A DNA stretch of 42,287 bases. Source: Planctomycetota bacterium. Its GTDB lineage: Bacteria; Planctomycetota; Phycisphaerae; Sedimentisphaerales; SM23-30. The notes under the pieces were generated by a model. That model worked only from the letters and a program-made list of their open reading frames with translations. It was not told the origin of the DNA and did no database searches. The stretch is from NCBI GenBank assembly GCA_022705365.1, contig JAKJEP010000001.1, positions 22,683 to 64,969 on the forward strand, written 5' to 3'. A program made the position numbers and the translations under genes. Shown piece after piece: positions 33,817 to 42,286 of the stretch. Numbering within the stretch: position 1 is the stretch's first letter; every line of letters begins with the position of its first letter.

Positions 33817-33854
33817 ATCCGGATATATTATTCGATGCGGATGGAGTATTGTAT

Positions 33855-35027
33855 ATGCCTGATATAGCTAGAGTTGTATTGCTCATCGATGTTTCCTTTG
33901 CCGCCGCCCGGGGATTTCTGGCCGGGATCGCGCAGTATTGCAGCCTTTTCGGCCCCTGGCGGATCTACCGGGAACCGATCGCTCCCTACAAATCCTTTAC
34001 CGGAAAACAAAGCACCCTGTCCAGGATTAAACACTACCAGCCGGACGGGATTATCCTGATGGCGGATACCCATAATCCCAAAGAAATCATCCGCATGGAA
34101 AAACCCATTATTATCCCTGCCGAATTGTCCCACCTGGATTCCAATATACCCACCATTCATTCCGATTGTCCGGCCACCGGGAAAATGGCGGCGGAACATC
34201 TGCTGGAGCGGGGTTTCCAACATTTCGCCTATTGCGGTTTTCCCAGGGTCTATTGGTCCAGAGAACGGCAAACCGGTTTTTGCCGGCACCTTGCCCAGGC
34301 CGGTTATGATACGCATATATACCAGCCGCCCGGGACCAAAAAAGACCGCTACTGGGAAACCGAACAACCTGATCTCATCCGGTGGCTTACGTCCCTGCCC
34401 AAACCCGTCGGGCTGATGGCCTGCAATGATGACCGTGGCCATCATGTGATTGAAGCCTGCACCGTAGCCGGCCTGCATGTCCCGGAAGATGTAGCAGTCA
34501 TCGGCTCCGATAACGATGAACTGGTATGCGGCCTGTGCCACCCTCCCCTCTCCAGCGTCGTGCGAAACGTCCAAAGAGCCGGGTTCGAAGCCGCCCGGCT
34601 CCTCGACCAGCTCATGGCCGGCGAAAAAATGGCCGGTCAGAAAATATTTGATTATCCCACCCATGTTGTCACCCGCCAGTCCACGGACATCCTGGCGATG
34701 GAAGACCGCGACCTCGCCCGGGCCGTGCATTTCATCCGCAAACACGCCAAAAACGGCATCCGGGTTGATGATGTAGTCGAGGCCGGTTTTCTCTCCCGCC
34801 GTGTGCTGGAGATGCGCTTTCGCAAAATGCTGCACCGTTCCATCCATGACGAAATCACCCGCGCCCGCATGAACGACGCCTGCCGCCTGCTCACCGAAAC
34901 CCTGCTGCCGGTCTCCCGGATTGCTTCCACTCTGGGATATCCCGGTATTTCCGAATTCACCCACTCTTTCCATAAAATTATGAACCTGAGTCCCGCCGGT
35001 TTCCGAAAAAAACATGGGCTAAAATAA
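33855..35027 (+). CDS. XylR-type transcriptional regulator (periplasmic-binding-protein-like sugar-binding domain + AraC-family HTH)
   Basis: The ORF is open from 33780, but the ATG at 33855 has GGAG 8 nt upstream. The N-terminus RVVLLIDVSFAAARGFLAGIAQY is typical of XylR-like proteins. MACNDDRGHHV and IGSDNDELVC are LacI/PBP-type motifs. The C-terminal AraC HTH is RVDDVVEAGFLSRRVLEMRFRK...ASTLGYPGISEFTHSFHKIMNLSPAGFRKKH. Confidence 0.85.
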   Translation: MPDIARVVLLIDVSFAAARGFLAGIAQYCSLFGPWRIYREPIAPYKSFTGKQSTLSRIKHYQPDGIILMADTHNPKEIIRMEKPIIIPAELSHLDSNIPTIHSDCPATGKMAAEHLLERGFQHFAYCGFPRVYWSRERQTGFCRHLAQAGYDTHIYQPPGTKKDRYWETEQPDLIRWLTSLPKPVGLMACNDDRGHHVIEACTVAGLHVPEDVAVIGSDNDELVCGLCHPPLSSVVRNVQRAGFEAARLLDQLMAGEKMAGQKIFDYPTHVVTRQSTDILAMEDRDLARAVHFIRKHAKNGIRVDDVVEAGFLSRRVLEMRFRKMLHRSIHDEITRARMNDACRLLTETLLPVSRIASTLGYPGISEFTHSFHKIMNLSPAGFRKKHGLK

Positions 35028-35056
35028 CCGTTGTCGTTTGGGGGAACCACTCCGGT

Positions 35057-37147
35057 TTATGGGTTTTTCTTATAAATAACCAGAATGGATCCCGGCCGCT
35101 CTTTGGTTTGTATCAACAGGCCGTTTTCCATCAATTCCCGCCCGGTCATCGCTGCCGAACCCGGATCGTCCATCCCGCTCAGATTATAAACAGCATCCAT
35201 CTCCAGGCCATACAGCCTGACGCGCATGGATTCATCGGGGCTTTCGCTGCGTCGAAATGCCTGCACCATGCCCTGGCCCAGATCCGGCCGGTCAAATTGC
35301 CAGGCGGCCCAGACCGTCTGATCCAGACTATAGTCCGTAAACGGATAAAAATCGCCGAAGAGGTACGGGCGAATGGCAAGGTATTCATTCAGCAAATTCC
35401 GCAGCAGATTCAGGTCCATTTTCGCCCAGCGTTCTTTGACATCCGGTACCCCGGCCATCGGCCAGCCCATCAGGAAGGCCGGACTGTACGCACTGCGGAA
35501 GGAATACGCGTTAAGATTCTGCATCGGTGTTACCCCGCCGAACAGCGGAATCCACGGCAGCAGCCCCCGGTTGTAACCCTGATTGACGACCGGGTCGAAG
35601 GTCATCGCCGCCTGGTAATCGCTGCGCCACAGCACGATACTGCGGCGAATCGCCTCCAGATCGATCTTCCGGCCGCCCTCGGCGCAATTGTCGATCAGCA
35701 GATGGGGATGGTTTTTCAGCAGGCCATCCCAGAATTCGTAAAATCCCTGAATATATCGTATCTGGCTCATGCCGATCCGGCTGGGATCGGTATCTTCCGG
35801 CCACAGATTCCCGCCGTCCTGACGAAATATATCCACACCGTAATCACTGACGATCTTGGAAAAATGCTCGATCATGTACTGGTTCACCTGCGGGTCGCCG
35901 TGATCCAACCCATAAAAAACCATCCCGCCGTAATCGGCATGTCCGAACGGCTGGCCCAGCCATTCCGGATGTTCTTTCCCGATTCCCACCGCCGGGTGAA
36001 CGCTTTCCGGAACCATCCATAGCAGAAACTTCATGCCGCGCTGATGGGCGGCGTCCGCCAGCGGGCGTATGCCGTGGGGGAACAGTTCCGGATTGGGTAC
36101 CTGGTGCGACTGATGTGCCTCCCAGCCCAGACTCATATCGGTCCACCCGGCATCCACCCAATAGCACTCCATCGGCAGATCATTCTCGGCCCAGAAATTG
36201 ATTTCCTGAATATGCCGCTCTGCATTCATCCACGACCCCCAGTTGCCGTCGGCAATCAGCCCGGTAAAAGGCTTGCCGCCCGGTTGCGGCGAGTAATAGC
36301 TTAGCAATAGCCTGCGCCAGAGATTATGGGCACGCAGGCGGTCGCCCTGCCAGAATAGCACCAGAATCCGTGGACTGCGGATTTCCTCACCGGGATGCAG
36401 CAGCAAATGGGTCTCTTCCATACCCGCCTGAACCTGGAAGGAGCCGGCATCGCCCGCCTGCCGGATACCAGCAGCCCAGGGACCGGTCCATCCCAGGCCA
36501 AACAGGAATCCCCTGCCGCTCATCTCCACGTTGAAAAAAGGAAGGGACTCAATGGACGGCCCGCCGCCGCGCTTGCCCCCGCGTTTGCCGTGCGAGAATA
36601 ATTTAAATTCCGCACCCGGCGCCACGGCATCAGTCTGCGACGAAAAGTCCGAAGGCGCGGCATCTGTGCCTTGGGCATGATGAACGGTTAAAATATTCTT
36701 CAGATTGCGGAAAGTAGCATCCAGCGCCTGAATATTCTCCAGAATCGGCGTGTCTTTCAGCCCCGTGTTCTTAAAATACAGAACCCACTCCACCGCCGGA
36801 AATTCCCGGTACTCGATACCCACGCAGCGAATCACCAGTCCGGTTTCGGGATCGGTATAAGTAAGCGTATGCTCCGTTCGCTTTTCATCCAGCGGACGAC
36901 TGGCCCGCTTCAGATCCCACGAACCAAGGAACTCCGCCGAAGCGGTCCCGCCGTAGAGAAAGGAGAAAAACGGCCCACTGTCAAACAGAACCTCACCCTC
37001 CGCCTCCAGCACACCCTGAAATTGAATAGCCGCAAACCGGCGGGTTTCCTCCATCTCCTGCGAAGTCGGAGAAACGGCGGCTGCAAATTGCGGGAAGACC
37101 ATTCCTGCCGCGATACTGATTGCGATAGAAATACGAAACTTCATCAT
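35057..37147 (-). CDS. GH36-like (clan GH-D) alpha-galactosidase-family protein, paralog 3
   Basis: 696 aa. Signal peptide MMKFRISIAISIAAGMVFPQFAAA. It is collinear with paralog 1 (TLTYTDPETGLVIRCVGIEYREFPAVEWVLYFKNTGLKDTPILENIQ; CYWVDAGW; VDIFRQDGG; DNCAEGGRKIDLE). AAAGGAG SD sits 5 nt before the ATG. Confidence 0.8.
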   Translation of the reverse strand: MMKFRISIAISIAAGMVFPQFAAAVSPTSQEMEETRRFAAIQFQGVLEAEGEVLFDSGPFFSFLYGGTASAEFLGSWDLKRASRPLDEKRTEHTLTYTDPETGLVIRCVGIEYREFPAVEWVLYFKNTGLKDTPILENIQALDATFRNLKNILTVHHAQGTDAAPSDFSSQTDAVAPGAEFKLFSHGKRGGKRGGGPSIESLPFFNVEMSGRGFLFGLGWTGPWAAGIRQAGDAGSFQVQAGMEETHLLLHPGEEIRSPRILVLFWQGDRLRAHNLWRRLLLSYYSPQPGGKPFTGLIADGNWGSWMNAERHIQEINFWAENDLPMECYWVDAGWTDMSLGWEAHQSHQVPNPELFPHGIRPLADAAHQRGMKFLLWMVPESVHPAVGIGKEHPEWLGQPFGHADYGGMVFYGLDHGDPQVNQYMIEHFSKIVSDYGVDIFRQDGGNLWPEDTDPSRIGMSQIRYIQGFYEFWDGLLKNHPHLLIDNCAEGGRKIDLEAIRRSIVLWRSDYQAAMTFDPVVNQGYNRGLLPWIPLFGGVTPMQNLNAYSFRSAYSPAFLMGWPMAGVPDVKERWAKMDLNLLRNLLNEYLAIRPYLFGDFYPFTDYSLDQTVWAAWQFDRPDLGQGMVQAFRRSESPDESMRVRLYGLEMDAVYNLSGMDDPGSAAMTGRELMENGLLIQTKERPGSILVIYKKNP

Positions 37148-37193
37148 ATCAACTCCTTTCTGGTGTGGAATACCAATAGCATTTTTATTGGCC

Positions 37194-39848
37194 TTAATAG
37201 TAGGGATTCAGGCCGAACCAACGGTGGCTGCCGGTTCCCAGGGACCGGACGCTCAGGCGGCAGGGGGCGCCCGGCTCCAGCAGCTTACGCGGGACGGTAA
37301 AATAAAACAGGCCGAACTGGTCCACGGAGATGGTGCGGCTGATCTCAAACCGCAGTTCTACCTGCCGGTCATCGCTTACCCACCGGTCCGGGGCGGGCAT
37401 ATCAAAGCGGATCATCTCCTGGCCGTTGATTTCCAGTACAAAACCTTCCGTTTTCGGTTCGGAACTGAAACCCAGTCCGCCGGCAAAGACAAAGGTAACA
37501 CTCTCTGCCGCTGGTTCCGGGGTAACCGGAGCGGTTTCCCAGGTGATTCGATTTCCGGCCTGGGTTTGCCGGCAAATAAACACACGGGCGTGGTCTTCCC
37601 GGTACGAATACCAGGTCCCGTCTTCGCCTTCGTTAGCCAGGAGGCGGCGGTAACCGGGCAGACAACCCTCGGGAGCAAGAGATACCACGGAGAGAAAAGA
37701 GGCCGGCCAGGCATCGGCGGGCCGGGGGAAGGTGGCGGCATAATCGAGCAGCCGGGCGATCAGCCATTCGTTTTCCGGCCGGCCCTGGGCCTGCTGGTGA
37801 TTCAGGCCGCTGATCAGCAGACATCCCTTCCCGACTCCCGCTTCAAACAGCAGGGCCTCATCCTTGACTAGAATGATGCCGGGCAGGGCGCGGATAATGA
37901 CCTGGGGAGGGGCGGGAACGTTCTCCAGATTGAATTTCGTTGCCCCTTCGATCAGGTGGAACCAGCCCTCGTCGCACCATCCATCCGGGGCGATGGAGCG
38001 GGTTACGGGATGGTCATAAACATATGTCCCTGTTTGATTTTTGTATTCGTCGGCCCGCCACCAACTGGTTCGGAACGTGATGGCGGTGGAATTCAGAAAC
38101 TGGCCGGTGCCTTCCAGGGCTGCGACGGCGGCGCCCCGCTGGAGGGCATCGACGATCCGCGGATCGGGCAGACAACTGGTCAGGTACACAGCGAGGCTGG
38201 CCAGTTCGCCGTCGGCAGGCAGGGGCTGAAGATGCCAATGTGGGAACATCTGGAGATAAATTTCATCCGCAAAGACCGCAGTGGAACCGGCGGCAAGAGA
38301 AATTACGGCCGGATAGAGCCAGGAGGTCCACTCGTTAGTAAAATGTCTATCCCCGGCGTTCAGCTCCGCCGTGATTTTCAGTTTCGCGGGGGCGGCCATG
38401 TCCGGTAAATCCAGGCCGATAGGAGTGATTTCAGCCAGTTCGCCCTGGGGAACCGGTGGCAGTGAAATTTGTTGTCTGGCTATCGATTGATTACCGGCTT
38501 TGACCTCCCAGGTAAGCTCGCCGGGCAGCGGACCGGAAGAAAAATTCGACACCAGGAGTTTCAAATCCAACCTGTTTTTACCGCGATACGTCCGCTGTAA
38601 TCCATCCTGGAGCAAAACTATGTCATTATTGAATTGCAATACTTCCTTTGGCGTGATCGACTTGGGGCGGAAGTAGTGGTCCACCAGGCCGTTGGAACTG
38701 GTCCAGTAGTCCTGAAATAACCACCAGTGGTAACCGCAGACATACGGATTCAGGCGCAGGGCTTCCAGGTTGTATTTGTGGCAGAGGGCGTAGAGCCGCT
38801 CGGATTTCTCGGCCCACTGATCCGCTTCGGCCAGCAGCCCCACCTTTTCTAGTTTGGCCAGGCCCTCCGTCAGCCAGAACGGCTTGATATTGTCCCGAAA
38901 CTGCTCGACCAGATCGGGCCGCGAAAAGGTAACGTAATTGCCCGCCTCGTGGGAGATGGCGGGCTTGATTGGCCGGGGGAAGTGAAACTTGGCCGGATTG
39001 TCGAGTGGATTGCTGCCTTCGTTGAACTGGATGGTGTAGAAATCCAGCGTGTCCCGATCCGTTTTCGGATCCTGGAGAACACTCTCCGCCACCCCATCCG
39101 AATCCATGAAAAAACGCACGGGATCCAGCCGCCGGGCAATGCCGGCGAACAGGGCGGTCGGCTTGGGAAGATTATCATACTGGGACAACTCATTGCCCAT
39201 GACCCAGCAGATAATCGAAGGATGGTTTCGATATTGCTTGATGACGGCGGTCCACTCCCGGCTATAGGTTTCGATGGCAGGGGCAGGATCGGTGTTCGGC
39301 GGCACATTTTTTTTCCAGGTCTCGCCCACCCCCGGCAAATATTGGTTGTAGCAGATTGGAAATTCGGCCGTAGCGATGATTCCCAGTTCGTCGCACGCCT
39401 CGTAATATTCCGGCGGCATGATGGAGCTGTGATGGCGGACATGGTTGAAGCCGAAGGATTTGATCGTGCGCAGACGGGCGAGGTGCACCTCCTTGTCGCT
39501 GGGCATGGCCATCTGTTCGGGGTAGATGTGGTCGTCGCCATAGCCGCACAGCATGAGCCGCTTTCCGTTCAGCAGCAGGTAGGGGCCGTCGATGGAAAAT
39601 TGCCGCATCCCGAAGCGGCTTTCCACAGCGTCCAGGACCTGATCGTTTCGCAGCAGGCTCAGCCGGACCGTATAAAGCATTGGACTATCGGGGGTCCAGA
39701 GTTTTGCCTCAGGAATGGCGGCCTGGAGGCTTATCGTCTGACCGGCGGGTATTTGCGAATCCATTTTCAACAGAGTCGGTCTTGCCGTTAAGCACTGCAC
39801 TGGCCGAACAGGTGGAGTCGGAAATATCCGGCTGCACGAACAGCTCAC
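37194..39848 (-). CDS. GH2-family glycosidase (beta-galactosidase/beta-glucuronidase type), C-terminal fragment after a frameshift
   Basis: The frame is open from 39848. The first ATG in it is at 39764 (MDSQ). It contains the end of the GH2 Ig-like domain (KLWTPDSPMLYTVRL). TIM-barrel motifs are FNHVRHHSSIMPPEYYEACDELGIIATAEF and HPSIICWVMGNELS (acid/base N-E). A ~500-aa C-terminal extension follows. Confidence 0.8.
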   Translation of the reverse strand: MSCSCSRIFPTPPVRPVQCLTARPTLLKMDSQIPAGQTISLQAAIPEAKLWTPDSPMLYTVRLSLLRNDQVLDAVESRFGMRQFSIDGPYLLLNGKRLMLCGYGDDHIYPEQMAMPSDKEVHLARLRTIKSFGFNHVRHHSSIMPPEYYEACDELGIIATAEFPICYNQYLPGVGETWKKNVPPNTDPAPAIETYSREWTAVIKQYRNHPSIICWVMGNELSQYDNLPKPTALFAGIARRLDPVRFFMDSDGVAESVLQDPKTDRDTLDFYTIQFNEGSNPLDNPAKFHFPRPIKPAISHEAGNYVTFSRPDLVEQFRDNIKPFWLTEGLAKLEKVGLLAEADQWAEKSERLYALCHKYNLEALRLNPYVCGYHWWLFQDYWTSSNGLVDHYFRPKSITPKEVLQFNNDIVLLQDGLQRTYRGKNRLDLKLLVSNFSSGPLPGELTWEVKAGNQSIARQQISLPPVPQGELAEITPIGLDLPDMAAPAKLKITAELNAGDRHFTNEWTSWLYPAVISLAAGSTAVFADEIYLQMFPHWHLQPLPADGELASLAVYLTSCLPDPRIVDALQRGAAVAALEGTGQFLNSTAITFRTSWWRADEYKNQTGTYVYDHPVTRSIAPDGWCDEGWFHLIEGATKFNLENVPAPPQVIIRALPGIILVKDEALLFEAGVGKGCLLISGLNHQQAQGRPENEWLIARLLDYAATFPRPADAWPASFLSVVSLAPEGCLPGYRRLLANEGEDGTWYSYREDHARVFICRQTQAGNRITWETAPVTPEPAAESVTFVFAGGLGFSSEPKTEGFVLEINGQEMIRFDMPAPDRWVSDDRQVELRFEISRTISVDQFGLFYFTVPRKLLEPGAPCRLSVRSLGTGSHRWFGLNPYY

Positions 39849-40545
39849 TCAGCCAGACATCAGCCCGTGCCTCCAGGAATATATGCCCCCAGATTCCGCC
39901 CCAGGGGATGTCCATAAAATCCGCCAGGGTACAGGCGCCGTACAAGGCATCGACCTCCCAGCGCTGTTTCGAATCCACCTGGATGGTCAGGGTGACGGTC
40001 CGGCCGGCTGCCAGGTAGGGCGTCAGATCGTATTCCTGTACCGACAAAAAGCCGATGTGCTCGCCCAGGTACTGATCGTCCAGCCAGACTTTGGTGTAGC
40101 GGCTGGCGCCCGTGACAATCAGAAAGGTCTGCTGACCGGCCCAGGAGGCGGGAATCTCGACCGTCCGCCGGTACCAGCCCTTGCCCACGAAGTTATGGCG
40201 GACCTTGTCGGTTTCCGTGCCGTAGCCCTGGTTGTCCCAGATGCCCGGTACGCGAATCGTCCCGTCGGCGGTGGGGGCGTAGCCCGGCAGCGGCATGGCG
40301 GGTAGTTTGGCATCGGGCAGGTACCATTTTTCGCTTTCTCCCCGATTATCAGGATCCGTTGCAAAATTCCAGATTCCATCCAGGCTCATTTTTTCGCGGG
40401 GAAGGGCAGAGGTTCCATCCCTATTTTCTTTTCCAGGCAAGCCGCTTTCAGGACTTTCGGCAGGGGCTGCTGAATCCGCTGATATTATGGAGGAAATTAA
40501 CATCAATCCGCCTATGGCAAGGTACATCAAATTTCCCAATTTCAT
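39709..40545 (-). CDS. GH2-family glycosidase, N-terminal fragment (signal peptide + sugar-binding domain) before the frameshift
   Basis: 278 aa. Signal peptide MKLGNLMYLAIGGLMLISSIISA. GH2 N-terminal domain: LDGIWNF, GKGWYRRTVEIPASWAGQQTFLIVTGASRYTKVWLDDQYLGEHIGFLSVQEYDLTPYL. The frame terminates at TGA 39709-39711, while the GH2 similarity continues in the +1 frame. Confidence 0.8.
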   Translation of the reverse strand: MKLGNLMYLAIGGLMLISSIISADSAAPAESPESGLPGKENRDGTSALPREKMSLDGIWNFATDPDNRGESEKWYLPDAKLPAMPLPGYAPTADGTIRVPGIWDNQGYGTETDKVRHNFVGKGWYRRTVEIPASWAGQQTFLIVTGASRYTKVWLDDQYLGEHIGFLSVQEYDLTPYLAAGRTVTLTIQVDSKQRWEVDALYGACTLADFMDIPWGGIWGHIFLEARADVWLSELFVQPDISDSTCSASAVLNGKTDSVENGFANTRRSDDKPPGRHS

Positions 40546-40595
40546 GGCAACAATTCCTTATAATGACAGTTTTGTATTTCCAATGGCAGGACAGT

Positions 40596-42050
40596 TTATT
40601 CCTGCCGGATTAATTGCAGTATGGTCCCGTCGCCTGCCTTCAGGTCAAGGGTTCCTGTTGGATCGGAACCGGCTGCCGCTTCCTGCAGCTTGATTTCATT
40701 CTGGTTGTGAACCATATCTACCACTTTAATAATCCCGGGACCAACATGCAGCCTGATTTGTTCGGAGGATTCCAGATTATCGTTTACCACCACCGCATAG
40801 TTTTGCCCCGTTTTCGGATCGACAAAACATTGCAATGTTGCCGGAGAGTCCGCCTTGGCCAATGTTTCGGACGTGGCCCGCCAGCGGAGAATGAGTTGGG
40901 AAAAAGGACCAAGAGCCTGAAACGCCTTGCCGATTTCTTCCAGTTGCGGTGTTGCCTTCGCATCCAGGGTAGTCAGTGCGGCAGGGCCTGCATCCGCAGC
41001 TTCCTTGACCAAAATGTCTTTCCACGGAACATCCGGGGCCGGATTCTCGCTGGTTTCCGGTGCACATTTGAATATCGGAGCCAACTGAAAGAAGATGACC
41101 CCCTTGCTCTGGCCGCGGAAGGTTTCCCACACCTGCCACCGCATCTCCGCCGGGGTTGGACACCGCCAGTGAAGATAAGCCCCCGGCAGCGCGATGAGAT
41201 GACTGTTCTTCTCATACCGGTAGGGGCCCCATATCTCCACGAAACACTGGCCCATGATCCAGGGCGCGATGTTTTTTTCCCCGATGGCCTCGATCATGTT
41301 CCGGGCGTTTTGGCGGAAAAATCCCTGGCTGGCCGCGGCGGTATGAGGTCCATTTACATCGTTAGGGCCGAAAAAGGGATACAGATCTACGCACACCACC
41401 GGCAGATGGGTCTTTTTCGGCACCAGGGGTGTCTGAGGCCACATACTGACAACCAGGCTGAATCGATTCGGGTCCGCTTCACGAAACATCTGTCGCAGCG
41501 TCTCCATATGCGGCAGGTCTTCTTCCCCCGGTTCATCGCTTAGTACCCAGCCTGCCAGCGCCTTCGAGTTGCCTGCCAGTTTCACCACCCGCGGAACAGC
41601 CTGCTTAAAATAGATCCCCTCATCCGGCCACCGATCTTTGATTTTCCCCTCAATAGTATCCAGAGACACCAGTAATGTAAGGCTCCGGTTCTCGCACTCC
41701 TGAATCAGCCTGGGCAAATCTGCCTCCGACATGTTCGTAACCCAAAGCAGATTGACATGGTTGTCAGCGCACACATCAAGACGCCGGCCCACATCTTCCC
41801 ATCGCTCGATTCCCGTATAAGCTGCACACTGACCAGGAAGCTCCCAGCTTAAATACACCCCCAATGGAACAAAATCCGGCGGCTCATCCGCCGGAACAGC
41901 CTGCGCCACGGGAGTAACCAGAAACAATAGGGCCGTGATTTTGAGCAGAAGATCCCTGCGGTTGGTTTTACTTTGATCTCCGTGATTTCGATCAGAATCT
42001 TTCTGGGTAATGAACGGAAATCCTGGTTTCATGGGAAATACCCCTTTCAT
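40596..42050 (-). CDS. exported protein of unknown function, possibly TIM-barrel glycosidase-like
   Basis: 484 aa. Possible Tat-type signal NRRDLLLKITALLFLVTPVAQA. Segments such as NHVNLLWVTN and LAGWVLSDEPGEE loosely recall clan GH-A strand motifs. The start overlaps the upstream stop (ATGA 42047-42050). Confidence 0.6.
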   Translation of the reverse strand: MKGVFPMKPGFPFITQKDSDRNHGDQSKTNRRDLLLKITALLFLVTPVAQAVPADEPPDFVPLGVYLSWELPGQCAAYTGIERWEDVGRRLDVCADNHVNLLWVTNMSEADLPRLIQECENRSLTLLVSLDTIEGKIKDRWPDEGIYFKQAVPRVVKLAGNSKALAGWVLSDEPGEEDLPHMETLRQMFREADPNRFSLVVSMWPQTPLVPKKTHLPVVCVDLYPFFGPNDVNGPHTAAASQGFFRQNARNMIEAIGEKNIAPWIMGQCFVEIWGPYRYEKNSHLIALPGAYLHWRCPTPAEMRWQVWETFRGQSKGVIFFQLAPIFKCAPETSENPAPDVPWKDILVKEAADAGPAALTTLDAKATPQLEEIGKAFQALGPFSQLILRWRATSETLAKADSPATLQCFVDPKTGQNYAVVVNDNLESSEQIRLHVGPGIIKVVDMVHNQNEIKLQEAAAGSDPTGTLDLKAGDGTILQLIRQE

Positions 42051-42286
42051 GGTTCGAGACTTTCCAGCATGCGCAGGACTTTTTGATGCCGGCTTTCGTA
42101 GAGGAGAGGATCATCCGGAAAACTGGAAATGGAAGGAAAACAGGTTTCCAGTTGAACAAGAGCTTTTGCCTCCGGCAGCAGCTTGCTGACCGCTTCGGAA
42201 CGACTGGAATCCTTCTCGATTTGTGCGATTTTCTCCCGCAGCATGGCAAACAGGTCGTAATCTTCAAATCCATCGCGGACAATTTC
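42047..42286 (-). CDS. 3' end of a gene whose start lies beyond the window; product unknown (possibly DUF4091/GH123-like C-terminus)
   Basis: The frame is open to the window edge: EIVRDGFEDYDLFAMLREKIAQIEKD... The R-[DE]-G-x-ED-[YF] motif is reminiscent of the DUF4091-type glycosidase C-terminus. This is recalled from memory only, so the family call is weak. Confidence 0.45.
   Translation of the reverse strand, partial: EIVRDGFEDYDLFAMLREKIAQIEKDSSRSEAVSKLLPEAKALVQLETCFPSISSFPDDPLLYESRHQKVLRMLESLEP

Noticed and set aside
33828-35015. 395-aa ORF on the - strand
   Set aside because: It is antisense to the XylR-type regulator. That regulator has an unambiguous AraC HTH and a PBP-like domain, whereas the minus-strand translation is Gly-rich and has no recognisable domain.
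37173-37191. AT-rich hairpin CCAATA-n7-TATTGG right after the GH2 stop
   Set aside because: The stem is 6 bp with only two G:C pairs and there is no U-tract. It is too weak to call a terminator or attenuator.
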